Source of the DNA: an uncultured Candidatus Saccharibacteria bacterium
GTDB lineage: Bacteria > Patescibacteriota > Saccharimonadia > Saccharimonadales > Saccharimonadaceae
Assembly: GCA_964536785.1 (NCBI GenBank)
Contig: CAZHYM010000002.1
Location: 1 to 51,149 of the forward strand
DNA: 51,149 nt
Reading direction: 5' to 3'
Shown here: positions 7,560 to 16,958 of the stretch, piece after piece
Layout: each line of letters opens with the position of its first letter
Position numbering within the stretch: position 1 is the stretch's first letter
Made by a program: the position numbers and the translations under genes
The notes under the pieces: model-generated
Told to the model about the DNA's origin: nothing
Database searches by the model: none
The model's input: only the letters and a program-made list of their open reading frames with translations

Positions 7560-9482
7560 TTACAAGAGGTTTATTGGGTCTATATCGTATTGCCAGTTTG
7601 TGGTGGGTAGGATATCTATGATTCTCTCCAACTCGCTACGGTTCTTAGACTTAATTATTAATTGCCAACTTATTTTTCCGCCCGCTTTTTCGTAGAAGCT
7701 TGGAGCCGGTCCAGCGATATCAAGTTTAGGAAAATTTGTCTTAATCATTCTCGCTAATTCATTTGCATGTTTGAGCACTGTGGTTTCTGTTTTGTATGAA
7801 ACTTTTAATTTGAGCATAAAACAGAAGGGCGGATAGTTTAGTTGTTTGCGTCTTTTTATTTCATAGTCAAAGAAACTATCGAAATCTTGTTTTATCCCAT
7901 ACTTAATGCTTGGATGGTCGGGGTGATAGGTTTGGACAATGACGTTTGTTTTATTCAGATTACGTCCAACCCGGCCGATTACCTGAGATATAAGTTGAAA
8001 TGTTTTTTCATCCGAACTGTAATCTGGCAAAAATAGACCATTATCGGCTTGTATAATCCCTACAACACTTAAGCTAGGAATATTTAGCCCTTTAGCGATT
8101 ATCTGTGTACCGATCACGATGTCTATCTTATTGTTTATAATGTCCTCGTAGAGTGAACCTAACGTTTCGTCTGAATCTGTATCGAACCTCTTAATCAAAG
8201 CTGATTTAAAGATCTTGCGCAGCTCAGATTCAACCAGCTTGGTGCCGATGCCTTTGTGGCTAATGTTTGCTGATTTACATTCTGGGCATTTGGTTGGAAC
8301 TGGTGAATGCTTACCGCAACTGTGGCAAATCATTGAATATTTATCAGAGTGAAGAGACATAGGAATTAGACAGTTGTCACAAGGCATAGACCAACCACAA
8401 TCATCGCAGGTAGTTATTTTTGCGCTTCCGCGCCTATTATGAAAGATTAATACCTGTTCTTTCCGCGCAAGTGCCGACGCGATTGATTCTAGTAACTGAT
8501 TAGACAAAAAATAGTGTTTGCTAAAATTAATTTTTTTAGACATGTCGATTAGTTTAACAATAGGCTTTGTGACTTCTTGGGCGGGAGAGAGAAGCTTGAT
8601 TATTGAACTACTTTTTTGTTCAGCAATCCAGTAGTCAGCTATAGTTGGCGTGGCACTTCCAATTATAAGTTTGGCTTTAGAATATTCCGAAATCTTACTG
8701 GCTAATCTGACGGCATAATATTTTGGATTCTTATCTTGTTTTAAGCTAGATTCATGAAACTCATCGATAACTATTAAGCCGACGTTTTTTAAGGGGGCAA
8801 ATAAAGCTGATCTTGCCCCTATGACTACTAGAGGCTTTTTGCTAGTTAAACATTTCTCCCAATTTAAGTGTTTTTTAGCTTCAGTCAAGCCTGAGTGCAA
8901 ACTTATTACTTCATCAAAGTAGCTCTCTACTTGTTTGGTCAGTTGAGTAGTTAGCGAAATTTCTGGGACGATAAAAATAACTGACTTGCCAGATGCAATT
9001 ACTTTTTTCGCTACCTCTAAATAGACAGTAGTTTTACCAGATCCAGTTATGCCGTGGACTAAAAAGGTTGTTTTGTCGGAGTTGGATATATGGGATATTG
9101 CGTTAGACTGCTCTAGAGTTGGCTGGAGGTTATTTATTTTACTGTTTTTTGAGTTATGTATTGGCTTTCGTCTTGACTTGGTCAGTCCAGTCGGAAGGAC
9201 TGTCTGGATAACTAAGCCAAGAGGCGTTTTGTAATAATCTTTTAGCCATAAGGCTACCTGTAACAAATACTTAGGCAACACGTAATTATTTAATACGTTT
9301 TTTATTGGTTTAGTATCAAACTCAGGTTTAGCAACTTCATTGTAAATAACCCCAATTAAACTTTTTTTGCCGAGTTCAATCATAACAATCTGGCCGATTT
9401 TAAGTTTCAATCTAGACTCATAAGTAAAAAAGTCTTGCCCTTTGCGGACGGTCTGGTTTGGCGCGACCAAATAATAGTGCAT
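7560..9482 (-). CDS. priA: Primosomal protein N' (replication restart helicase PriA)
   Basis: Walker A GITGSGKT, the DEFH box, and the Cys-rich zinc module CDDCG...CDNC...CHSCG...CPEC. Confidence 0.9.
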   Translation of the reverse strand: MHYYLVAPNQTVRKGQDFFTYESRLKLKIGQIVMIELGKKSLIGVIYNEVAKPEFDTKPIKNVLNNYVLPKYLLQVALWLKDYYKTPLGLVIQTVLPTGLTKSRRKPIHNSKNSKINNLQPTLEQSNAISHISNSDKTTFLVHGITGSGKTTVYLEVAKKVIASGKSVIFIVPEISLTTQLTKQVESYFDEVISLHSGLTEAKKHLNWEKCLTSKKPLVVIGARSALFAPLKNVGLIVIDEFHESSLKQDKNPKYYAVRLASKISEYSKAKLIIGSATPTIADYWIAEQKSSSIIKLLSPAQEVTKPIVKLIDMSKKINFSKHYFLSNQLLESIASALARKEQVLIFHNRRGSAKITTCDDCGWSMPCDNCLIPMSLHSDKYSMICHSCGKHSPVPTKCPECKSANISHKGIGTKLVESELRKIFKSALIKRFDTDSDETLGSLYEDIINNKIDIVIGTQIIAKGLNIPSLSVVGIIQADNGLFLPDYSSDEKTFQLISQVIGRVGRNLNKTNVIVQTYHPDHPSIKYGIKQDFDSFFDYEIKRRKQLNYPPFCFMLKLKVSYKTETTVLKHANELARMIKTNFPKLDIAGPAPSFYEKAGGKISWQLIIKSKNRSELERIIDILPTTNWQYDIDPINLL

Positions 9483-9489
9483 ACTTTAC

Positions 9490-9505
9490 ATTATACTGCT
9501 AAAAT
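9490..9505. promoter_or_regulatory. Back-to-back -10 elements in the 29-bp priA / 9512 divergent spacer
   Basis: On the minus strand, TATAAT (9490-9495) lies 7 nt from priA ATG 9482. On the plus strand, TAAAAT (9500-9505) lies 6 nt from ATG 9512. Neither gene has an SD. Confidence 0.5.
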
Positions 9506-9511
9506 AAGCAT

Positions 9512-10168
9512 ATGTATTTTGAGAGTCGATACGAGGCGGGTGAACAATTGGCTGAAGTGTTATTTGAGCATTATCGTTATGAGGATTGTGCTGTGGTTGC
9601 GTTGTCAGATGGGGGTGTCCTAGTGGGCGAACCTATTGCTCGAAAACTACATTCTTTGCTAATGATGCTAGTTACAGAAACCATCGAAATCCCGGGAGAG
9701 AGGCTCAATTTCGGGAGCGTTTCTCAAAACGGCAATTTTACATACGACAGCAACCTCTCTAGCTTTGAAATAGATGAGTACACGAACGAATTTAGCGGTT
9801 ATTTACAAGAAGAAAAGCGTAAAGCTTTTCAAAAAATAAATAGAATTGTCGGCGATGGGGGCACGATGGACATCAACCTACTAGTTAATCGAAATATAAT
9901 TTTAGTTTCTGATGGCTTTGACAGGAACGTATCGCTAGAAGCGGCGTTGGATTTTATAAAGCCTGCTAAAATTAAGAAAATTATTTTTGCAACACCCGTA
10001 GCGAGCGTTGATGTTGTTAACCGGTTGCACATATTGGTCGATGAAATGCATATCTTAGACGTTAAGCCTAATTACATGGGGACTGACCATTACTACGATG
10101 ATAATCAAATTCCATCTCATGAAGCAACAATTGAGAAAATAAACCAAAACGTAATAAATTGGCAGTGA
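9512..10168 (+). CDS. Phosphoribosyltransferase-like protein (COG1926-type), degenerate PRPP loop
   Basis: N-terminus YFESRYEAGEQLAEVL...VVALSDGGVLVGEPIA is typical of 'putative phosphoribosyl transferase' proteins. The expected acidic PRPP motif reads IILVSDGFDRNVS. Confidence 0.5.
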   Translation: MYFESRYEAGEQLAEVLFEHYRYEDCAVVALSDGGVLVGEPIARKLHSLLMMLVTETIEIPGERLNFGSVSQNGNFTYDSNLSSFEIDEYTNEFSGYLQEEKRKAFQKINRIVGDGGTMDINLLVNRNIILVSDGFDRNVSLEAALDFIKPAKIKKIIFATPVASVDVVNRLHILVDEMHILDVKPNYMGTDHYYDDNQIPSHEATIEKINQNVINWQ

Positions 10169-10237
10169 TGCCCAATAAAATTGTTTGATAAAATGTTGTA
10201 AAATGTGTAAACTATAAGTAAAGAATATGAGAGATAA

Positions 10238-10528
10238 ATGCTAGACGTTTTTATTACATCAAGGGTGCGGCGTAAAATTGTCGTTGTCTATGCTAAATAT
10301 CCTGATTTTAAAACTCACGTACGTGGGTTGGCTAAGTTGATAAAAGAAGACCCAGGAAATATTCAGCGGGAACTTAAAAAACTTGAGCGGTCGGGCTTTT
10401 TGGTTAGCGAGAAAAAAGCGAATTCAAGAATTTATTCTGCTAATAAACAATTTCTTATATTTAAAGAGCTTCAAAGTATCGTCATCAAGACTCAACAGCA
10501 ATCAAGTAAGCGCAAGCGCTCCAACTAA
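10238..10528 (+). CDS. Winged-helix (ArsR/MarR-like) DNA-binding protein with basic tail
   Basis: HVRGLAKLIKEDPGNIQRELKKLERSGFLVSEK... fits a wHTH recognition helix plus wing. The C-terminus is SSKRKRSN. Confidence 0.5.
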   Translation: MLDVFITSRVRRKIVVVYAKYPDFKTHVRGLAKLIKEDPGNIQRELKKLERSGFLVSEKKANSRIYSANKQFLIFKELQSIVIKTQQQSSKRKRSN

Positions 10529-10530
10529 CT

Positions 10531-12177
10531 ATGGCTCAGTCAAAATTATTAAAAGCCTTATTAGCAAAAAGGGGAATCTTAGATAGTGAAATAAGTAGTT
10601 TTTTGAATCCTCGTTACGAAGTTGTTGAATCAAACGATCCATATCTACTTCCAGATATGCAAAAGGCGGTTGATAGGCTGGAGATTGCCTATCTAAACCA
10701 AGAACATATTTTAATTTTTGGCGACTATGACGTTGACGGCGTTACTTCTACTGCATTGCTGCTAGATGGTTTTAACAAATTAGGCTTTAAGAATATATCT
10801 TATCAATTGCCGAACCGTTTTAAACATGGTTATGGAATGAATGGATCAATCATCGAGTCAATTGCTCCACGACCTGATTTAATCGTCACTGTCGATTGCG
10901 GAAGCTTAAACCATTCTGAAGTCAAACTAGCTAGATCCCTAGATATAGATGTTATTATTACAGATCATCATAATGTTGCAGAAATTCAACCAGATGCTGT
11001 CGCTGTTATTAATCCAAAGCGTAAGGAGAATTTATATCCAAACCGGGATCTGGCAGGCGTGGGAGTTGCATTCAATTTAATACGAGCTTTAAATATGAGA
11101 CTTGGAACTATACCCTCTGGACAAGAAAAATGGCTACTTGATTTAGTGTCTTTTGGAACTATAGCCGATATGATGGATCTTAGGGGCGAGAACCGTGTTT
11201 TAACCCATTTTGGCTTGAAAGTATTGAATCAAACTAAAAGGCTAGGCCTAAGAGAGATGCTATTACAAGCTAAAATTGAACCGGGAACAGCTGACTCTTC
11301 GACTATTGGTTTTGTTTTAGGGCCAAGATTTAACGCGGCTGGGCGTTTAGAGAGTGCTGATTTGGCGCTAAATGTTTTAACTGCAAAAAATAGTATCGAG
11401 GCTAAAGACGCGGTTGATAGGCTTGAGTATTTGAATCAAAAGCGTCGAGCTATCCAGGACCGGATATTTGATGAAGCAAGTCAAAAAGCAGATGTCGAAC
11501 GGCAAAACGTTTTGGTATTGTCAAATAGAGATTGGCACGAAGGAGTTGTGGGCATAGTCGCTTCTAAGATTTTGGAAAAATACCACAGGCCAACTTTTAT
11601 TTTAGAGATAAATGGTGATATCGCTAAAGGCTCAGCTCGAAGCTCTGGTAATTTTTCGATTTATAAAGCAATCTCAGAATCTAAAGATCTTATTATTAGT
11701 GGCGGTGGCCACGATTTTGCTGGCGGTGTCAAAATTGAAACGACAAAGATAAACGAATTTAAACAACGTTTGAATAGCTATTATGATAGCCTGGAGATAA
11801 CGGACGATGCAAAAAATTTTATTGCCGAGCCTGATCTTGTACTTGATGATTTTAGCGAGTTAACGCTTGATTTCTATAATGAATTAGTGAAAATGGAACC
11901 TTTTGGCACTGGCAATCCGGAGCCTGTTTTTCAGGTGTCTAGAGTCACTATTGATAAAATCTGGCATTTGGGCAAAGATTTGCAACATTTGAAACTAAAA
12001 GTGCTAGATTCTGACCGTCGCGTTATGACGTTCTTACTTTTTAGTGATGCAAAAAGTTATTCGTTGAAAACTGGAGATAAAATTTCCATTGTATTCAATC
12101 TGGTGCTTAATTCTTGGCAGGGTAAGAAGGATTTGGAAGGAAAGATAATATCAATTAGTGGCGCTAGTGATGATTAA
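10531..12177 (+). CDS. recJ: Single-stranded-DNA-specific exonuclease RecJ
   Basis: DHH family motifs FGDYDVDGVTS, VDCGS, ITDHH and GGGHDFAGG (DHHA1). Confidence 0.9.
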   Translation: MAQSKLLKALLAKRGILDSEISSFLNPRYEVVESNDPYLLPDMQKAVDRLEIAYLNQEHILIFGDYDVDGVTSTALLLDGFNKLGFKNISYQLPNRFKHGYGMNGSIIESIAPRPDLIVTVDCGSLNHSEVKLARSLDIDVIITDHHNVAEIQPDAVAVINPKRKENLYPNRDLAGVGVAFNLIRALNMRLGTIPSGQEKWLLDLVSFGTIADMMDLRGENRVLTHFGLKVLNQTKRLGLREMLLQAKIEPGTADSSTIGFVLGPRFNAAGRLESADLALNVLTAKNSIEAKDAVDRLEYLNQKRRAIQDRIFDEASQKADVERQNVLVLSNRDWHEGVVGIVASKILEKYHRPTFILEINGDIAKGSARSSGNFSIYKAISESKDLIISGGGHDFAGGVKIETTKINEFKQRLNSYYDSLEITDDAKNFIAEPDLVLDDFSELTLDFYNELVKMEPFGTGNPEPVFQVSRVTIDKIWHLGKDLQHLKLKVLDSDRRVMTFLLFSDAKSYSLKTGDKISIVFNLVLNSWQGKKDLEGKIISISGASDD

Positions 12178-12186
12178 TAAATATAG

Positions 12187-12215
12187 TTGTTAAATTTTAC
12201 TTCATCTGTTAAAAT
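12187..12215 (+). promoter_or_regulatory. rpsU promoter TTGTTA-17-TAAAAT, 8 nt from the ATG
   Basis: TTGTTA at 12187-12192 and TAAAAT at 12210-12215. The ATG is at 12224. No purine-rich SD lies in between. Confidence 0.6.
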
Positions 12216-12223
12216 TTTATATT

Positions 12224-12439
12224 ATGGTACAAGTAACAAGAAAAGATGAGAAAGAGGCTAACGAAAATTTAATTCGTCGTTTCAATCGAAAGGTTCTACA
12301 AAGTGGAGTTTTGTCGACTAAAAAGGAAACGTTGAGATTTGAAAAGCCAATTTCCAAGAACGATAGGCGTAAAAAAGCTATAGTCTCAAAAGAACGCCGA
12401 GCTGAAAAATTAGCTAAAATCAAGATGGGACTTAGGTAA
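12224..12439 (+). CDS. rpsU: 30S ribosomal protein S21
   Basis: Small basic protein ...EANENLIRRFNRKVLQSGVL...RFEKPISKNDRRKKA, typical of S21. Confidence 0.85.
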   Translation: MVQVTRKDEKEANENLIRRFNRKVLQSGVLSTKKETLRFEKPISKNDRRKKAIVSKERRAEKLAKIKMGLR

Positions 12440-12901
12440 GTGTCGCTTAAAAAGCGCATTACTGACGACGCGATTGCCGCTTTAAAAAGCGGTGATCGTT
12501 TAGTTAGCGAAACACTGCAGTGCCTAAAATCAGTAATTTTGAATCAGGAAATTTCTTTGGGCAAGCGAGATGTCGGCTTAGCCGATGATGAGGTTGAGAA
12601 AATTGTTGCTCAAGAAGTTAAAAAACGGAAAGAGGCTAGCGACTTATACTTGAAAGCAAAGCGACCAGAATTATCTGGCAAAGAATTATCAGAGTCCCTT
12701 GTTTTAGAGAAATATTTACCAAAGCAACTAAGCGAATCAGACATAGAGGCGCTTATTAATCAAATTATAAAATTAGAAAAGATAGAACTCACTACTGCTA
12801 ACACGGGACGTATAATCGGTGCAGTGAAAAAGCATGCGGGTAATTCAGCCGAAGGATCGATAATCTCAAAAATAGTGTCTAATAAAATTAATCAAAATTA
12901 G
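12440..12901 (+). CDS. yqeY: GatB/YqeY domain protein
   Basis: AALKSGD...LKSVILNQEI...VAQEVKKRKEASDLY...LEKYLPKQLS...GRIIGAVKK matches the YqeY pattern. The rpsU-yqeY adjacency is conserved in Gram-positives. GTG start immediately follows the rpsU stop. Confidence 0.8.
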   Translation: MSLKKRITDDAIAALKSGDRLVSETLQCLKSVILNQEISLGKRDVGLADDEVEKIVAQEVKKRKEASDLYLKAKRPELSGKELSESLVLEKYLPKQLSESDIEALINQIIKLEKIELTTANTGRIIGAVKKHAGNSAEGSIISKIVSNKINQN

Positions 12902-12909
12902 GGGGAGCT

Positions 12910-13461
12910 ATGATAATTTGTTTTTTTGGCCTAGCCGGATCTGGCAAGAGCACGCAGGCGGGGCTACTTGCCGAAAAGCTTGATTATGCTCATATTAGCG
13001 TAGGTCAGTTACTCAGAGAGTCTCACGGCGAGCATCTGATTGAATATATGCAAAAAGGGCGATTAATAAACCCGATGGTGGTTAATGAAGTGTTGCGTGA
13101 AGCTTTAGACAAGTTGATAGACAAGGGGGTCAAGGGAATTATTCTTGACGGCTACCCACGGCAGATGGAACAGGCTACTTGGTTGATGGATAATCGCCAA
13201 AAATATGATGTTAAGCTAGCTGTGGTAATCGATGTTCCAGAGGCTGAAGTTGCGAAGCGCTTGCTTGCTCGAAGACGCGTTGATGATAACAAAGAAGCGA
13301 TTATTAATAGAGTTAAGATATTTAAAACTGAGACAGAGCCTGTGATTCAATATATGAAGCAGAGTGGCGTTTATATTTTGAGGGTTAGTGGTCAACCGCC
13401 AATAGAAGAGGTTAGTCAAACCATCTGGAACCAGGTAAAAAATGTCGCTACAATCGCCTAA
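12910..13461 (+). CDS. adk: Adenylate kinase (short-lid type)
   Basis: P-loop GLAGSGKSTQ, then ISVGQLLRE and ILDGYPRQMEQA. GGGGGAG SD. Confidence 0.75.
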   Translation: MIICFFGLAGSGKSTQAGLLAEKLDYAHISVGQLLRESHGEHLIEYMQKGRLINPMVVNEVLREALDKLIDKGVKGIILDGYPRQMEQATWLMDNRQKYDVKLAVVIDVPEAEVAKRLLARRRVDDNKEAIINRVKIFKTETEPVIQYMKQSGVYILRVSGQPPIEEVSQTIWNQVKNVATIA

Positions 13462-14206
13462 AACTGAAGCTCAGATCCAGGCAATGCGAGATGGTGGGCA
13501 GATTCTTGCCCAGCTTATGATTGACCTAAAAAATTATATCAAACCAGGAATGACCGGTATTGAAGCAGATAACTGGGTTGGTGAACAAATAGTTGAGAGA
13601 GGTGCTTCGGTATCTTATAAAGAGCCTGATGTGATGTTTCCTGGTAACATTTGTATTTCAGTAAATGAATACATCGTTCATTCTCTGCCGACAGATCAAC
13701 CATTTGAAATTGGGGATGTCGTCAGTTTTGATTTAACGATCACGTACAAGGGAATGAAAGTTGATTCGGCTTTTACGATGGTTGTTGGCGAGGAGCCTAG
13801 AGGCGTCAAAAAGCATCTCCTAAATACAACCGAGAGAGCGCTTTACGCTGGCATTGAACAAGTAAAACATGGCGCTAGAGTTGGTGACATATCTAACGCA
13901 GTTGAACAAGTGCTAAGAAGAGGAAAATTAGGAGTCGTGACTAATTTGGTAGGGCATGGGATTGGTGAGAAAATCCATATGCCGCCAGAAGTTCCAAATT
14001 TTGGAGCGGCTGGTACTGGCCCGATGTTGTCATCTGGCGATACTATCGCCATAGAGCCAATGGCAAGTTTAGGTGGACCTAATATAGTTACTGATAGAAA
14101 CGATGGATGGTCGATTTTTATGAAGGACGGATCATTGTCGGCTCATTTCGAGCATACTGTTTTAGTTACCAATAGTGGGTGCGAGATTTTAACCCTCTTA
14201 AAATAA
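13442..14206 (+). CDS. map: Type I methionine aminopeptidase
   Basis: Metal-ligand context FDLT...VDSAFT, GHGIGEKIHMPP, IAIEP and FEHTVLVT. It overlaps adk by 20 nt. Confidence 0.9.
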   Translation: MSLQSPKTEAQIQAMRDGGQILAQLMIDLKNYIKPGMTGIEADNWVGEQIVERGASVSYKEPDVMFPGNICISVNEYIVHSLPTDQPFEIGDVVSFDLTITYKGMKVDSAFTMVVGEEPRGVKKHLLNTTERALYAGIEQVKHGARVGDISNAVEQVLRRGKLGVVTNLVGHGIGEKIHMPPEVPNFGAAGTGPMLSSGDTIAIEPMASLGGPNIVTDRNDGWSIFMKDGSLSAHFEHTVLVTNSGCEILTLLK

Positions 14207-14215
14207 TTTATTTTT

Positions 14216-15454
14216 TTGGCCATAAGCGGTATAATGAAGTCTATGCAAGAAGATTCTAGAACCATTGTAGGCGTAGATTTAGGAACAGTCTCTACGCGCG
14301 TAGTCGCAGGCCATATCAATAAAGATGGCGAAATTTCAGTAATTGGCGTAGGCAAAGTCCCTACAGGAGGTATGCGAAAAGGAGCAGTTGATAAGTTAAA
14401 CCCTTTAGCAAAATCAATTGATGATGCACTTGGAGAGGCTGAAAGAATGGCTGGATTTGAAATTAATTCTGCTACGATTAATATCAATGGATCTAGTATT
14501 TTATCAACTAAAATTAATGGAATGATCGCTGTTTCTGATGGTGAGGTTGGAGATACTGATATTATTCGCCTCGAAGACGTATCCACTCTCGGCAAAGTAC
14601 CACCAAATCGGGAGATATTGGTTGTTGTTCCTCACGAATATATTCTGGACGGTCAATCAGGCATTAAGGACCCTATCGGGATGATGGGTTCTAGGTTGGA
14701 AATTAAAGCGAGTGCAATTTCTGTTTTGACTCCAGCTATGCAGAATCTTCAAAAAGTAACAGATTTAGCTAGAGTGCAACCTAGCGACATAGTGATTTCA
14801 CCTATGGCTGCCGCAAAAGCAGTTCTGGATGACAAACAAATGGATAATGGCGTAGCTTTGATTGATTTGGGGGGAGCGACTACGGGTATTGCGATATACG
14901 AAGATGGAGATATTCAATTCTCTAGCGTATTGCCTTATGGTGGCAATAACATTACTAATGATTTAGCAATAGGCCTTAGAACGACACCAGAAGTCGCAGA
15001 ACAGGTTAAACTAGTTCATGCTGATGCAAAGTTTGAGGATCTAGAAAAGCAGGTTTCGATTAAATTCGCAAAGAAAAATTACGAGTTTGGCTTGAGGGAT
15101 ATCAATAGTATCGTCGATGCAAGATTGAATGAAATATTTGAGTTAATCTCAACTAAATTAAAAGAGTCTGGTTATTACGGCAAATTACCAAATGGATTGG
15201 TTCTGGTTGGCGGTGGTGCAAACCTAAAAAATATCGATTCATACGCAAAGGAATTTTTAGGACTTTCGGTCGAAATAGGAATGCCAGCGAAAAATCTTAA
15301 GGGCTTAACAGAAAAAGTTGATACGCCTGAATTTGCAACTGCAGTTGGGCTAATGATTCAAGATAATTTAGCTTATGAAAAAAATCTTGGCTTGCATTCA
15401 AAAAAACCATCCAAGGGTATGTTTGATAAAATTACAAAATTTTTTAAAAAATAA
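14216..15454 (+). CDS. ftsA: Cell division protein FtsA
   Basis: Actin-fold motifs VGVDLGT, LIDLGGATT and LVGGGANL, plus the C-terminal amphipathic helix GMFDKITKFFKK. It lies upstream of ftsZ. The ORF-track start is a TTG. ATG 14243 (MQEDSRTIVGVDLG), 7 nt after TATAAT 14230-14235, is a plausible true start. Confidence 0.9.
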   Translation: MAISGIMKSMQEDSRTIVGVDLGTVSTRVVAGHINKDGEISVIGVGKVPTGGMRKGAVDKLNPLAKSIDDALGEAERMAGFEINSATININGSSILSTKINGMIAVSDGEVGDTDIIRLEDVSTLGKVPPNREILVVVPHEYILDGQSGIKDPIGMMGSRLEIKASAISVLTPAMQNLQKVTDLARVQPSDIVISPMAAAKAVLDDKQMDNGVALIDLGGATTGIAIYEDGDIQFSSVLPYGGNNITNDLAIGLRTTPEVAEQVKLVHADAKFEDLEKQVSIKFAKKNYEFGLRDINSIVDARLNEIFELISTKLKESGYYGKLPNGLVLVGGGANLKNIDSYAKEFLGLSVEIGMPAKNLKGLTEKVDTPEFATAVGLMIQDNLAYEKNLGLHSKKPSKGMFDKITKFFKK

Positions 15455-15488
15455 CAAAATTGATATACTAGAATAAAGGGGAAGTATA

Positions 15489-16679
15489 ATGCCGGAAATT
15501 AAACCAACAGAAATCGAAAGTTTTGCAAGCATCAAAGTTGTCGGCGTAGGTGGGGCTGGAGGCCAAGCTATAAACCGAATGAAAGAGGCTGGACTTCGCG
15601 GTGTTGAGTTTATCGCGATGAATACGGACGCCCAAGCGCTTCATAATTCTCAAGCTGATATAAAAATTCATCTTGGCAAGGATACGACCCATGGTTTAGG
15701 TGCAGGCGCTGATCCTTCTAAGGGCGAGCAGGCTGCAGATGAGTCGCGTGATGAGATAAAGAAAGCTCTAGAGGGAGCTGACATGGTTTTCGTAACTATC
15801 GGAGCAGGTGGTGGGACTGGTTCGGGCGCTGGGCACGTTGTGGCCGAGATTGCTCGGGGACTAGGCATATTAGTCGTAGGCGTTGCGACTCGACCATTTA
15901 CTTTTGAAGGAGCTAAACGAAAGCAAAACGCTGATTGGGCGATTGATAAGATTCGCAGGCAAGTTGATACCTTGATTACCATTCCTAACGATCGACTTCT
16001 TCAAACGATTGACCGTAGAACACCTCTGATTGAAACTTTTAAGATTGCCGACGATGTATTACGTCAGGGCGTTCAAGGCATTTCGGAACTAATTACAGAG
16101 CATGGCTTAATCAATCTCGACTTTGCCGATGTTAAAGCGATTATGGCTAACGCAGGGTCAGCTTTGATGGGCATTGGTCGTGCAAGTGGTGAAAATAGAG
16201 CCGTAGAAGCTGCAAAACAAGCAATTGAATCTCCTCTAATAGAAGTTTCAATTGATGGAGCTCGTGGTGTCCTATTTAATATTACTGGCGGCTATGATAT
16301 GAGTATGAGTGAGATTCAAGAAGCAGCAGAATTGATTACCTCCTCGGTAGCTCCCGATGCAAATATTATATTCGGTGCAACTCTAAAGCCAGAGTTAGAA
16401 GATGACTTGATTGTAACAGTTATTGCAACAGGCTTTGACTCAATTTATTATAACCAAGATGAGTCCAAAGTCGACGAGGGCGTTATGTCTGAGCCAATTA
16501 AAGAAGATTTTGTAGAACCTCAAGTTGAAAATATTAGTTTAGACCTAGACAATGATGACCGAGAAAAGGTTAAGCAAGAGTTTAATAGTGAAGAAGAGGG
16601 TAACATTTGGCACACGTCTGACGACGACGAGCTAGATACCCCAGCTTTTCTCAGGCGTCGTAAAAAAGACAGTAAATAA
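15489..16679 (+). CDS. ftsZ: Cell division GTPase FtsZ
   Basis: Tubulin signature GAGGGTGSGAG, NTDAQAL, and the conserved C-terminal peptide DTPAFLRRRKK. Confidence 0.97.
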   Translation: MPEIKPTEIESFASIKVVGVGGAGGQAINRMKEAGLRGVEFIAMNTDAQALHNSQADIKIHLGKDTTHGLGAGADPSKGEQAADESRDEIKKALEGADMVFVTIGAGGGTGSGAGHVVAEIARGLGILVVGVATRPFTFEGAKRKQNADWAIDKIRRQVDTLITIPNDRLLQTIDRRTPLIETFKIADDVLRQGVQGISELITEHGLINLDFADVKAIMANAGSALMGIGRASGENRAVEAAKQAIESPLIEVSIDGARGVLFNITGGYDMSMSEIQEAAELITSSVAPDANIIFGATLKPELEDDLIVTVIATGFDSIYYNQDESKVDEGVMSEPIKEDFVEPQVENISLDLDNDDREKVKQEFNSEEEGNIWHTSDDDELDTPAFLRRRKKDSK

Positions 16680-16681
16680 TC

Positions 16682-16948
16682 ATGCGAGTTTTGGTAGTTT
16701 ACAAAAAAGAATCTGATCATGCCAGGGAAGTGTTTGACTATTTACGAGACTTCAAAATTAGAACCGGCGAAGAGGTTGAAGAGATTGATCCAGAAACCCG
16801 TGAAGGAGAAGGGTTCTGTATGACCTATGGCATAGTCGAGTATCCAACTATCGCTGCGATTGATGATTCGGGTAGGCTACAACAGATGTGGCGAGGAAGA
16901 CCTCTGCCACAAATTAGCCAAGTAGCCTTTTATTTGCAGAGCATATAG
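16682..16948 (+). CDS. Small thioredoxin-fold-like protein without CxxC, translationally coupled to ftsZ
   Basis: The ATG lies 2 nt after the ftsZ stop. The pattern RVLVVY...HAREVFDYL...GIVEYPTIAAIDDSGRL resembles a Trx beta-alpha-beta fold with a cis-Pro (YPT). The only Cys (in GEGFCMTYG) is not in a CxxC context; the position corresponding to the Trx active site reads KKESDH. Confidence 0.35.
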   Translation: MRVLVVYKKESDHAREVFDYLRDFKIRTGEEVEEIDPETREGEGFCMTYGIVEYPTIAAIDDSGRLQQMWRGRPLPQISQVAFYLQSI

Positions 16949-16958
16949 TATATAGCAC

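Noticed and set aside
10383-10586. 67-aa alternative-frame ORF bridging the wHTH gene and recJ
   Set aside because: It is out of frame with two genes that have recognisable motifs, and it has no SD.
14143-14595. 150-aa minus-strand ORF spanning the map/ftsA junction
   Set aside because: It is antisense to two confidently identified genes. Its Pro/Ser/Ile-rich composition is typical of the reverse frame of Gly/Asp/Glu-rich genes.
15668-15982. 104-aa minus-strand ORF inside ftsZ
   Set aside because: It is antisense to the Gly-rich tubulin-signature region of ftsZ. Its Pro/Ala-rich composition is a reverse-frame artefact.
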